Positions 11,379-21,222 are shown, numbered from the stretch's first letter. The stretch is 32,315 bases of DNA from Octopus sinensis (GCF_006345805.1 NW_021829621.1:1-32315), one strand, 5' to 3'. The notes: generated by a model from the letters alone, not told the origin. Numbers and translations: made by a program.

Positions 11379-12143
11379 TTGTTGTTGTTGTTGTTGTCGT
11401 TGTTGTTGCTGTTGTGTGGTTCCAGGTCAGTTTTGGTGGAGTAGATTTATGGCGCATTGGTATTCTGTCAAACGGCATGATCTGACCCACACAACCTTTT
11501 CCCCAAAATATCCTCTCTCTCTACCAAAATGAGAACCATACTACGCATACTAATACGTACTAAGCAACTGTATTGATTGCAGTCTGGATCCGTAGTGCGG
11601 TTCACTTGACAAAATTTATAATTTGCAACATACGGTTGTATACTTAGAACGTATGTTTTACTACATGTGGTTTGGGGTTTATTTCAAGTCAGCAGCGCCT
11701 TGCTGAAAGGGCTTCGACAAGTTCTCGCTCGGGAAATATTCATGAAAATGGTTGACATGAAAAGGGAATATGAAGAGGCGCATAGAGAAACTTGCAACGC
11801 ATAGATCTATGCATGTAGTTCGTCAAATGTTACTTCCAGAGTATTGGCAGAAGGAAATGTCATCTTTCAGTAAGTTAATTGACATTCCAGTGCTGCAACT
11901 TGTATGGTGTGGTTATTATATTTCGTACATAAGAGATGTGCGAGGCAGGCAAGGAAAGAATACAAATGTAAGACAAGTTCAAATATGCTTGAATTCATAA
12001 CAGACTTTCAATGCAGTTTGTCAAGGAGAGAAAAATTCTGTCGCAGGCTTTTCAGTCGATCGAACGAATGAATCTTCGCCGTGCTGTCAAACGACGGAGA
12101 TCCATCAATACCACCACCATATAAATGGTTGTATGTGTGTGTA

Positions 12144-12197
<54 letters not shown>

Positions 12198-12807
12198 TGT
12201 GTGTGTGTGTGAGCGTGTGTAGTTTTGTCGGCAAACACGCACATAAATATGGCGGCTTTGAAATCGATGAAACTCCATGGCGGGAACCTCGAAATTTAGT
12301 GTCGATATCAAATGAAGAGACGAGACTAATCTCTAGAGAAGTAATAAAATATGTCTTTGATATTTCGAAAAATAAACATTTCCAAAATAATGCTGATAAA
12401 CGTCACTCAACCATTTTGCTTTTTATCATTATTATTATTGATTTTTTGTTTTTGTTTTCAGTCGTTTTAATGCGTCTCTTTAAAACAGTCAAACATTTAT
12501 GTCGAATTTTAACTGTCCTTCGATGTGTTTATTTAATTTAACACCATCTTCCACGAATATTTCGCACCAAACTGATTTATTCACCTACTTCTAAAAGTTG
12601 AGTAATTTTCTACATGAAATATCTTTAAAACTACAAGTTTGTATTGTTAAAACAATCTTAAAAATTGTAAATATATCAATTTGCTTATGTACTGGCAAAG
12701 AATGCTGTACCAAAGTATTTATTTCTGTAATAAGTCTTTTTCCTTTTTTTGTTTTGCCTGGAGTTGTTATTGTTGTTGAAGTTTGTTAAAAGTACAACCA
12801 GCAGTCA

Positions 12808-12866
12808 CTCGCGAGCGAGTATGGTTTGCCAACACGTGATGTCACGCTGTCACGTGACTGCGCACG
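12808..12866. promoter_or_regulatory. CpG-rich cluster of palindromic transcription-factor motifs
   Basis: CTCGCGAG (12808-12815), CACGTG (12833-12838), GTCACGTGAC (12849-12858) and TGCGCA (12859-12864) within 60 bp of AT-rich DNA. Confidence 0.35.
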
Positions 12867-13065
12867 CTAGCAGATTTTGTAAGAAGATGTAAACAAGCAG
12901 GGCAACATTCCCTGCTGATTGAAATAGGGGACTGGAGCAACGTGGAATGAAGAGATGTGATTTGTTGAAGGACACAACACACACCAGCCAAATCACAAGA
13001 CTACACGCCTTCACTACATATAGAGAGAAGTCACTAAATGTCGAGGGCTCTTATAGTCACAAACA

Positions 13066-13695
13066 GAACTCAGAACGTAGCGGTAGGCGAAATACCTATT
13101 TCTTTACTAGCCACAAGGGGCTAAACACAGAGAGGACAAACAAGGACAGACAAACGGATTAAGTCGATTATATCGACCCCAGTGCGTAACTGGTACTTAT
13201 TTAATCGACCCCGAAAGGATGAAAGGCAAAGTCGACCTCGGCGGAATTTGAACTCAGAACGTAGTGCCAGACGAAATACCTATTTCTTTACTACCCACAA
13301 GGAGTTAAACACAGAGAGGACAAACAAGGACAGACAAACGGATTAAATCGATTACACCGAACCCAGTGCGTAACTGGTACTTATTTTTATCGACCCCGAA
13401 AGGATGAAAGGTAAAGTCGACCTCGGCGGAATTTGAACTCAGAACGTAGCGGCAGACGAAATACCCATTTTTTACTACCCACAAGGGGTTAAACACAGAG
13501 ATGACAAACAAAGACAGACAAACAGATTAAGTCGATTATATCGACCGCAGTGCGTAACTGGTACTTATTTAATCGACCCCGAAAGGATGAAAGGCAAAGT
13601 CGACCTCGGCGGAATTTGAACTCAGAACGTAGCGGCAGACGAAATACCGCTAAGCATTTCGCCCGGCGTGCTAACGTTTCTGCCAGCTCGCCACC
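13066..13695 (-). repeat. Tandem concatemer of SINE family A: one head, three bodies and a partial fourth unit
   Basis: gaactcagaacgtag recurs at 13066, 13250, 13435 and 13618 (period 184, 185, 183 bp). The complete 5-prime head occurs only once (~13645-13695). Confidence 0.93.
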
Positions 13696-14231
13696 TTAAT
13701 TGAGTTTCTGTCTGGCGACGTGTTCGTAAGTCTTATCCAAGTGACAGAGATAAGGAATTTAGGCCTAGTGCTAGACTTGTAATTAGCATTACCAAGATTA
13801 GATGGCATAAAGCACTAAAAAAAAAATCAATAGAAGCAGTATCTGTTGAGTCGTGAAATATTATTTATCAATATACTCTAATTAAAACATAGGCGCCTGA
13901 AAATATAATCAATTAACAAGAATAATTAGAAAAAGAAAGATATTATTGAGAATGTTTAAAGTGTAAATCTCGAAGTTAAAAATTAATGAGAAACTATGAA
14001 TTATCTGCAATTTGAAAATATTTTGCTTGGAATTTCACAAAACGAAAAATTTTAAAACGTCTGAGAACATAGTCAGACTAATAAACTATTACAAATAGCT
14101 AGTATATTGATTTAATATAATAAGACGCAGTTTTATCTTTATTCAATAACACCAGGCTGGTTAACTCCGAAGGAGGAAACATTTCTGTAATGTGTTCACC
14201 ATGGATTTCGTTTCATTGAACTAGTATAGGA

Positions 14232-14610
14232 GCACTCCGTCGGTTGCGACGATGAGGGTCCCAGCTGATACGATCAACGGAACAGCCTGCTCGTGATATT
14301 AACGTGCAAGTGGCTGAGCACTCCACAGACACGTGTACCCTTAACGTAGTTCTCGAGGAGATTCAGCGTGACACAGAGTGTGACAAGGCTGGCCCCTTTG
14401 AAATACAGGTACAAGAGAAACAGGAAGAAAGAGCGAGAGAAAGTTGTGGCGAAAGAGTACAGCAGGGTTCACCACCACCCCCTGCCGGAGCCTCGTAGAG
14501 CTTTAGGTGTTTTCGCTCAATAAACACTCACAATGCCCGGTCTGGGAATCGAAACCGCGATCCTCCGACCGCGAATCCGCTGCCCTAACCACTGGGCCAT
14601 TGCACCTCCA
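14232..14610 (-). mobile_element. tRNA(Arg)-like SINE family C, full length
   Basis: Minus-strand head ggaggtgcaatggcccagtggttagggcagcggattcgcggtcggaggatcgcggtttcgattccc (A box, TCG anticodon position, B box). Body matches 17013-17325, 24713-25093 and 29203-29396. Confidence 0.92.
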
Positions 14611-14843
14611 CTCATTGAACTATGTGTGTTTTAAACAGGATCTCCTATCGTGGAGATGTGTAGATGAAACAAATTCAGTGCAGAGAGCCAGAATGAAGGT
14701 AAAAGCATCAAACTTCCTCATTCACCAAATGACAACTAATAAAGGGAAGATTAATGAACGTGTTGTAACACTAGTTGGCAGTGCTCCAACATGGCCACTG
14801 CCCTCAAGCTGCTCTCTTGCATACATATATATATATATATATA

Positions 14844-14936
<93 letters not shown>

Positions 14937-14981
14937 CATATCTACATATACATACACACATATATATACACATATACATAT

Positions 14982-15041
14982 ACCTATTAAGTATTTATGG
15001 ACTATTGATTTACTGTCGGGGGACTTTTGGCCAACTCTGTA
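14982..15041. mobile_element. Orphan right end of a Tc1/mariner-type MITE
   Basis: gatttactgtcgggggacttttggccaactctg|TA is the reverse complement of the TIR at 15288. Confidence 0.7.
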
Positions 15042-15067
15042 TAAATATATATATATATATATATATA

Positions 15068-15133
15068 TGATTTTTTTTTGATTTTTTGATTTTTCCAGTT
15101 TCAGCTTATGAGCTGTGGCCATGCTGGGGCACC

Positions 15134-15138
<5 letters not shown>
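15068..15138 (-). mobile_element. Solitary ~70-bp SINE-tail fragment in (TA)n
   Basis: Reverse complement of ggcggtgccccagcatggccacagctcataagctgaaactggaaaaatcaaaaaatc; related to the family B tail. Confidence 0.75.
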
Positions 15139-15224
<86 letters not shown>

Positions 15225-15285
15225 TACATACACACACACATATACGTACACATATACATATACATATATTATATATATATATTTA

Positions 15286-15497
15286 TACAGAGTTGGCCAA
15301 AATTCCCCCGACAGCAATAATTAATATTAAATTTTATTTATTCATTTGGAGAATGGTGTCGCTCATGAAGGACTTCGTTTCAACAATTTTCCTGATGTTT
15401 CATATTTGGATGCTTTTATTAAATTCATTCAGTTGTTAAATATGAATAAATCTTGGAATCAAATGGTTTTGATTTACTGTCAAGTAACTTTTGGCCA

Positions 15498-15504
<7 letters not shown>
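15286..15504. mobile_element. ~220-bp Tc1/mariner-type MITE
   Basis: TA|CAGAGTTGGCCAAAATTCCCCCGACAG at the left and ctgtcaagtaacttttggccaaccc|TA at the right; TA-repeat flanks; no coding capacity. Confidence 0.75.
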
Positions 15505-15540
<36 letters not shown>

Positions 15541-15545
<5 letters not shown>

Positions 15546-15608
15546 GGTGCCCCAGCATGGCCACAGCTCATTAGCTGAAATTGGAAAAATCAAAAATCAA
15601 AATCAATC

Positions 15609-15610
<2 letters not shown>
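15541..15610 (+). mobile_element. Solitary ~70-bp SINE-tail fragment, inverted partner of 15068-15138
   Basis: atggcggtgccccagcatggccacagctcattagctgaaattggaaaaatcaaaaatcaaaatcaatca. Confidence 0.75.
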
Positions 15611-15657
<47 letters not shown>

Positions 15658-15689
15658 TGTGTGTGTGTATGTGTGTGTGTGTGTGTGTG

Positions 15690-15812
15690 TCTGTCTTTGT
15701 CTCCCACCATCACTTGGCAACCAGTTTCGGTGTGTTTAGGTCCCCGTAACGTAGCGGTTCGGCAAAAGTGACCGATAGAATAAGTACCAAGCTTAAAAAT
15801 ATAAGTACTGTG
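15690..15812 (+). mobile_element. SINE family B internal/3-prime segment after (TG)n
   Basis: ctcccaccatcacttggcaacc...tccccgtaacgtagcggttcggcaaaagtgaccgatagaataagtacc; similar to 4425-4545 and 6975-7100. Confidence 0.75.
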
Positions 15813-16289
15813 GTCGAATTAAATAATCGTCGTCGTCGTCGTCGTCGTAGAGTAGTAGTAGTAGTAGTAGTGGTGGAAGTGTTGGTGGTAGTGGTGGTGG
15901 TAGCATTCGTTATGGCCGTCTTAGTCATCGGAGTAACAATCATCTTCCTCACCGTCCCCATCTAGCTCTTCGCCATTCCTTTCTTCCTCTTACGCCGTAG
16001 AAGCCGTCCTCTTCGCCGGTCTCGCCGTGGTGGTGGTCGTCGTCGTAGTAATTACATTAGCTCTTCACAAAACAAGACAAAACACACACACAAAAAAAAT
16101 AATTTAAAATTAGCCAAAATAAAACAAAAACAAACCCCATGAAGCAAAACAGCTGATATAAACTTCCACAAACTTTCACGTAATAGGAATCTTTCATTTG
16201 ACAAGAAAATCTGTTGATCTTAAAACAGAGAAAGAAGCGTAGAACGAAATATACGCAAGAGAGGAGAGTTGCAGAAAAGTAACATTTTG

Positions 16290-16600
16290 ACTAAACAATG
16301 GGACCATGCTGGTTCTTATTGACAAAAAGAAGATGAAAGCCACTCAGATATTATTATACATATCTATGATACAAACAAAAAAGAACAAAAGTGTCCATTG
16401 ACAGATATATTAATCCCAGCGGGAGATAACATATTTCGAAAAAGTAACGGAGAAATTCGCTGCACATACGTTGCACATCTAACTAGATATAATAACGACT
16501 CTGTGATAATTGAAATTGTACCAACGATATTGTAATATTGTAATAGGTGTCTTAGGAATGGTGAGAGCAAGTACAAACAAGTGTACGACCAGAGAACACA
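16290..16600 (+). pseudogene. Non-LTR retrotransposon remnant, restriction-like endonuclease C-terminus (R4/Dong-like)
   Basis: Pieced frames IDKKKMKA / SDIIIHIYDTNKKEQKCPLTDILIPAGDNI / KVTEK / IVIGVLGMV resemble the PDI...LIDIAIP.D.N...KE.EK...IVIGALG pattern of R4-clade elements. Confidence 0.65.
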
Positions 16601-16803
16601 GAATGTATCTGTTTTTCTTTATTTTTTATTTTTGCTGGTTTCAATTATTGGATTGCGGAGATGTTGGGAGGGCCGCCTAGATGAGATCTGGAAAACAAAT
16701 CGGCACCAATACTTAATTACTTTAATTATTTATTACCATACAAAATATAAAATAGCTGGCCGTTAGTAAGGAGAGACACACAAATAAGAAAGAAGAAAGC
16801 AAA

Positions 16804-16848
16804 GGATCACTGATGAGGTCACAGAAGTGTGACGAAAGAACTCTGGAC
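16804..16848 (+). ncRNA. Minimal type-I hammerhead ribozyme-like motif
   Basis: ggaTCA-CTGATGA-g-GTCAC-agaagt-GTGAC-GAAA-G-aa-C-TC/TGGac. Perfect core boxes, perfect 5-bp stem II with one extra G after A9, 2-bp stem III, CUC triplet, weak 3-bp stem I. Confidence 0.55.
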
Positions 16849-17012
16849 GAAATAAGATTAAGATTAATGTAAAAAGTAAAAAATAAATAACGCTGAAGCA
16901 AATTAACACCAAATATACAGTGCGTGTGCTTTTATTGGCTAAACTGGCAAAATGACCATTCCTAAATACAACAATATCATCTTCATTATTATTTAGTTAT
17001 CATCATCATCAG

Positions 17013-17325
17013 TGGAAGCGCAATGTCCCAGTCGTTATGGCAGCTGACTCGCGGTCGTAGGATCGCGGTTTCGATTCCCAGACCGGGCATTGTGAGTGTT
17101 TATTGAACGAAAACACTTAAAGCTCCACGAGGTTCTGGCAGCGGGTGGTGGTGAACCCTGCTGTACTCTTTCACAACAACTTTCTCTCACTCTTTCTTCT
17201 TGTTTTTGTTGTACCTGTATTTCAAAGGGACCAGCCTTGTCACACTCTGTGCCACGCTGAATCTCCCCGAGAACTACGTTAAAGGTACACGTGTCTGTGG
17301 AGTGCTCAGCCACTTGCGCATTAAT
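17013..17325 (+). mobile_element. SINE family C lacking its usual last ~60 nt
   Basis: Head ggaagcgcaatgtcccagtcgttatggcagctgactcgcggtcgtaggatcgcggtttcgattccc; collinear with 14232-14610 up to cacttgcgcattaat. Confidence 0.9.
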
Positions 17326-17501
17326 AAATGAGCTGCGACGTCACTGGTGCCTTTCCCTTGGATAACATCGGTGGCGTGGAGTGATGAGGCGAGTAAGCAT
17401 GGGTGACTGCTGGTCTTCCATAAACAGCCTTGCCCAGACTTTTGCCTCGGAGGGTAACTTTCTAAGTGCAATCCCATGGTCAGACATGACCGAAGGGGGT
17501 C
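17326..17501 (+). other. GC-richer segment fused to the SINE C copy; probable body/tail of another interspersed repeat
   Basis: Abrupt switch from SINE C sequence to aaatgagctgcgacgtcactggtgcc...gaccgaagggggtc. There is no second copy in the window, so the assignment is inference. Confidence 0.4.
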
Positions 17502-17584
17502 ACAACATCATCGTCATCAATATCACCAAACTTTGAAAGAAACATGAGTACTAGTGTTAATTTGTTCAAGGTAACCCTCTCGAT

Positions 17585-17640
17585 GCGGTGCCCCAGCATG
17601 GCCGCAGTCTAATGACTGAAACAAATAAAACAAAGAATAA
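17585..17640 (+). mobile_element. SINE family B tail fragment
   Basis: gcggtgccccagcatggccgcagtctaatgactgaaacaaataaaacaaagaataa. Confidence 0.75.
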
Positions 17641-17933
17641 TATCTAAATCAATTTACTTCATCTATATGTCTGAATTTAATATGATATTTAATTTTAGAT
17701 ATACACACAACTTGCTATCCATTGTAGTTCCTGTTATACTCATTCTAAGACCACAATACTGTCTAGTAAACCATCCGTTCCAATGTTTAAGTTAAAGAGA
17801 CCGAATGGCGGATTCGAGATCAACTTAGCAAGATCGACAGGCCTAGACTGTATAAAGGTGATAGACTGAGTCGCGCTCTTCCTAATGAGAAAAGGGAGAA
17901 TGAACGTTAGCAATACCTGTAACCGTGGACCTC

Positions 17934-18046
17934 AAAAAATATGGAACGCTTCACGAATTTGCGTGTAATCCTTGCGCAGGGGCCATGCTAATCTCCTCTG
18001 TATCGTTCCAATTTTAGAATATGTGCCGCCTCCATGAAGTATATCC
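17934..18046 (-). pseudogene. U6: U6 snRNA copy, diverged (probable pseudogene)
   Basis: Minus strand GGCGGCACATATTCTAAAATTGGAACGATACAGAGGAGATTAGCATGGCCCCTGCGCAAGGATTACACGCAAATTCGTGAAGCGTTCCATATTTTTT matches the vertebrate-type U6 sequence with 4 substitutions over ~95 nt. The 5-prime hairpin is disrupted and there is no TATA box at about -30. Confidence 0.93.
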
Positions 18047-18244
18047 ATATCTAACGTCTTTAATGTGCTAACCCTGAAACCTACAGATATATGGTCCGTA
18101 AAACTGACGATGTGAAAACCGTGGACACACTGCAATATCTTTATCCGTTGGCGATTATGAACCTAACTAAATATCATAAGACCTTGACGCGACTACGTTT
18201 GGTTTCATATAATCATGTCGACTATATAGTCGTTATAATAGTTA

Positions 18245-18695
18245 CTCTCTGTTCAAATTCCGCCAAGGTCGACTTTGCTTTTCGTCCGTTCGAGGTCGAT
18301 AAAATAAATATCAGTTGAGTATTGGGGAAGATGTAACCAGCTTCACTTCCGAAACAAAAAAATTGTAAGCCTTCTACCAAAATCACAAAGAATTGCTATA
18401 ATTGTTGCTAAAGCAGTGAGCTGGTAGAATAGTTTGAATGTTGTACAGAGAGATGTTTAGGTTCTGAGCTGAAATTCAGCCAAGATCCACTTATGCTTTT
18501 TATCCATTTGGGGAGTGGAAAGTCAGTTATATCGACTCCAGTATTTCACAGCCACTGTATTTTATCGACCCCGAAGGATGAAAGGCGAAGCTGACCTCAG
18601 CAGGATTTGAACCCAGACTATTAGGACCAGGAACAAATAATACTAAAAAGCGTTTTTTTTTTGTCAGATTCTTTACCGATTCTGCCAGCGCGACA
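18245..18695. mobile_element. Cluster of three degenerate SINE family A pieces (18245-18345 plus, ~18410-18535 plus, ~18555-18695 minus)
   Basis: gttcaaattccgccaaggtcgactttgc; gttctgagctgaaattcagccaag; ttatcgaccccgaaggatgaaaggcgaagctgacctcagcaggatttgaacccaga. Confidence 0.7.
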
Positions 18696-19004
18696 CTCTA
18701 AAGTAAAAGTAAAGATAACGAAACAATGCTTACTCTCCAAAAGTTTATTAGAAATTAAACATACTTTTCTGTGGCATACATAAAAAAGGTGAGAATATAA
18801 TAGTTTTATTTCCTTGAGGAACAATTAACTAAAGTCATTAGAATAACATTTTTTATCTTTTAATATATTTTTTAATGATTCTGCCTGTAGCAGCGAAGTT
18901 CTTTGTCAAGTCTTATCAAATTTGTCTGCTTGTTCGTTAGATTTTACTGACGTTATCCAATATTAATTATTTGAAATTCTCAAATTCAAAAAAAAAAAAA
19001 AGAA

Positions 19005-19445
19005 ACAACATTGTATCAAATTCTTTTGCAGACATTTCCTTCATTTGCTGGTCCCTTCATCGATTTCTTGATTCTCAACTCCACCATTCTCTCTGTGTCG
19101 ATCCAAATTACGAATTTCGTGACCAGTTAATTCTTCACACTTTGGTTCAAGTAAATCGCAGACAACTCTGTTGTTTGTTTAATGGAAATCAACTTCTGTT
19201 CCAATATCAGTTATTATTTCAAAAGAATTCTTCTGGTTGGAGAAGATCATCTAAAACCTTTACGCAATGAAGCACAAAATGTTTTCAAACGGTATCAGGG
19301 TTGCTCGATACTATATCTTCCCATGTTTCAAAATTATTTTTAGTATTATCTTTTATATTAATTTTTTTCCAAATTCTATCAGTTCGAATTTTCCTGTCAG
19401 CATCTTTAGTTGCCGTATCAATTGAGTCGTAATTTTTCAGCTGCA
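19005..19445 (-). pseudogene. Probable Tigger/pogo-like transposase C-terminal remnant
   Basis: Pieced minus frames IWKKINIKDNTKNNFETWEDIV...TV*KHFVLHCV / EIITDIGTEVDF...VVCDLLEPKCEELTGHEIRNLD / KEMSAKEF resemble the FWK.YNI.DAI..I.EAWEEV...WKKL and VEELL.SH.EELT.EDL patterns of Tigger-like proteins. By-eye similarity only. Confidence 0.5.
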
Positions 19446-19789
19446 TTAAAACCACTGACTACATGGTCTCCAACACCATCTGTATATATAAAAGGCAGGA
19501 TGTGTATGTGTGTGTGTACGTGAATGTAATTTGTGCACGTCCACAAATTAGCATGCATGTCGCTCCAATTTTAGGACGACATTCGTCATGGCCCTAGCTG
19601 TATTTTCGTCAACATATTTTCCCCAGAGGCTCCAGCAAATAGCAGTAAAAATAAATTTTTTACCAAGACTTTTAACAATTTTCAAGTGGGAGAAATCACC
19701 ATTGTTTGCATACTCTAGCGACGAGTATGTTTTTGTTAAGTCTTTTGTTGTTTTTTTTCCATCGAGGAAAAAAGTGTTCTGTTGATATA

Positions 19790-20560
19790 CGGGAAACACA
19801 TTGGGTAACCAGAAGATAACGGATACAAGTATTCGAGGATTTTAGAACTGGATGATATTTTAGATGCAGAAATGAAAGAAAAGGTGAGAGAGACATTTTT
19901 AAAAAGAGTAAAAATGGTTTTAAAATCCGAATGCGAGGAATCTAGTCGCTGCAATGAATATCTGGGCAGTTTTAGGGTTTCGATTGAGTATATCAATTCT
20001 CTGGTGGACTGAAGATGAAATATCAAAGTTGGATTGAAAGACAACTTTAGTGACACTTTATGACACTTATGAGAGCTCAAAATCTCTCGTGGAAGCGTCA
20101 TCCAACCAAAATGCAAATATATGGGAAACTACCACCTGTGTCATCTCTTGTGAAAGGTAGGAGAGTCCAGTTTGCTGGACATTGTTGTAGAGCTGAAAAC
20201 GAGCCAATTTCTACTCTTCTCCTCTGGAAGCCATCTACTCGCGATACCAGAGGGCGCACACTCTCGTACCATGATGTAATCTCCAGGAATACAGGCAACC
20301 AACAACAGGACCTCCGTAATGCCATGATGGACCGTGAAGTCTGGCGTAGCATGGTAAATTCCATTATCTCGACCACAGTCGAACGATGATGATGATGACA
20401 CTGTATGGAGCTTTACGCACTAAAATAAATATAAAATAGGTTGCTGATGAAGAGAAGCTATGAGGACAGAGGTCTTTTCATCGTTGATTATTGAATAAGA
20501 AGCGCAAGGAGAACATTTGCAGAATATTTGGTAAACAGTGACGAAAATCTGTCACTGTCA
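19790..20560 (+). pseudogene. R4/Dong-like LINE reverse-transcriptase thumb remnant, split by an RTE insertion
   Basis: Before the insert: GYKYSRILELDDILDAEMKEKVRETFLKRVKMVLKS / RNLVAAMNIWAV...ILWWTEDEISKLD*KT. After the insert: TLYGALRTKINI / LLMKRSYEDRGLFIVDY...FAEYLVNSDENL. Matches the YKYLGILE...MKEK...YL.R...N.WAV...LD.KTR...GALHPK...GGRGL pattern. Confidence 0.75.
20063..20396 (+). mobile_element. 5-prime-truncated RTE-clade LINE 3-prime end
   Basis: ORF 20060-20389 LMRAQNLSWKRHPT...RRVQFAGHCCRA...LLLWKP...RGR.LSYHDVISRNTG...DLRNAMMDREVWR, then a (TGA)n tail. Duplication gacactttatg (20052-20062) / gacactgtatg (20397-20407). Confidence 0.85.
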
Positions 20561-21146
20561 AACTCTCACCTTTGACCAGTTTGAAATATTTTCAAGAGAA
20601 AGTTTACGATTCTGGTTGTGAATAAAGAAGACTGTCAGAACAAATTCAGCAAATTTTGGCAAAATATGTACCCTTTTACCAAGTTATAGTAAAAAGTTAG
20701 AGAAATATTTAAAATGTTTACAGTTGGATAGATAGACAAATATGACAAAATAATTTGACAAAAAATGTGAATTTTTAATTATTTTCTGAGATTTTACAAA
20801 AACAAAAAAATATTATCAAAAAAACAAAAATATTTAGAAAAATTTCTTATGCAGCAGAAGATGTGGGTAGAAATGCAGATGAAATGTTTGGTTAGGAAGT
20901 GTTCCATCAAAGAGTTCTCATAGATATGATTTAGGCATGGGGATTTGAAGCGTACAAGTGAAAGCTTTATAATTGTGGTGCATATACCAAACCCTTGCTA
21001 CTAATTCGATGTAACATAGAATCTGAAAAACTTCTGACAATAAATGCAGACTCTGTGAAACGAATGCGGAAAATGAGACCCACTTGGTAATTGGATGTGA
21101 GTGCTTACAAAAAAAGGAAACAAGCGTGGCCATGATCAGAGTGTAA

Positions 21147-21208
21147 TGACGGATGAAATGCTGATAAGCATTTTGTCCGGCATGCCAACGATTCCGTGAA
21201 CGCATCGC
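21147..21208 (-). mobile_element. Old SINE family A head remnant
   Basis: gacggatgaaatgctgataagcattttgtccggcatgccaacgattccg. Confidence 0.6.
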
Positions 21209-21217
21209 CTTGTAGTT

Positions 21218-21222
<5 letters not shown>

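Noticed and set aside
13066-13695. CRISPR-like or prokaryotic repeat array
   Set aside because: The units are whole 184-bp SINE bodies with no unique spacers and no cas genes; the context is eukaryotic.
14304-14498. Recurrent ORF VAEHSTDTCTLNVVL...QQGSPPPPAG (also 17035-17313 and 24827-25018)
   Set aside because: It is the antisense reading of SINE family C, interrupted differently in each copy; no evidence of a protein.
14535-14610. Functional tRNA-Arg gene (also at 17013, 25020 and 29325)
   Set aside because: A and B boxes and an anticodon-like loop are present, but there is no proper acceptor stem and each continues into a shared SINE body.
15935-16050. GC-rich low-complexity stretch with a GTAAGA donor-like site on the minus strand
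   Set aside because: It is continuous with trinucleotide repeats, has no credible acceptor, and the peptide is low complexity.
17934-18046. Functional U6 gene
   Set aside because: Disrupted 5-prime stem-loop, substitutions beside catalytic elements and no positioned TATA box; kept as a probable pseudogene.
18104-18125. Hammerhead-like CTGACGA-tgt-GAAA
   Set aside because: No stem II and no compatible stem III or cleavage triplet.
20445-20470. CTGATGA box
   Set aside because: It lies within the R4-like coding remnant, with no downstream stem II or GAAA arrangement.
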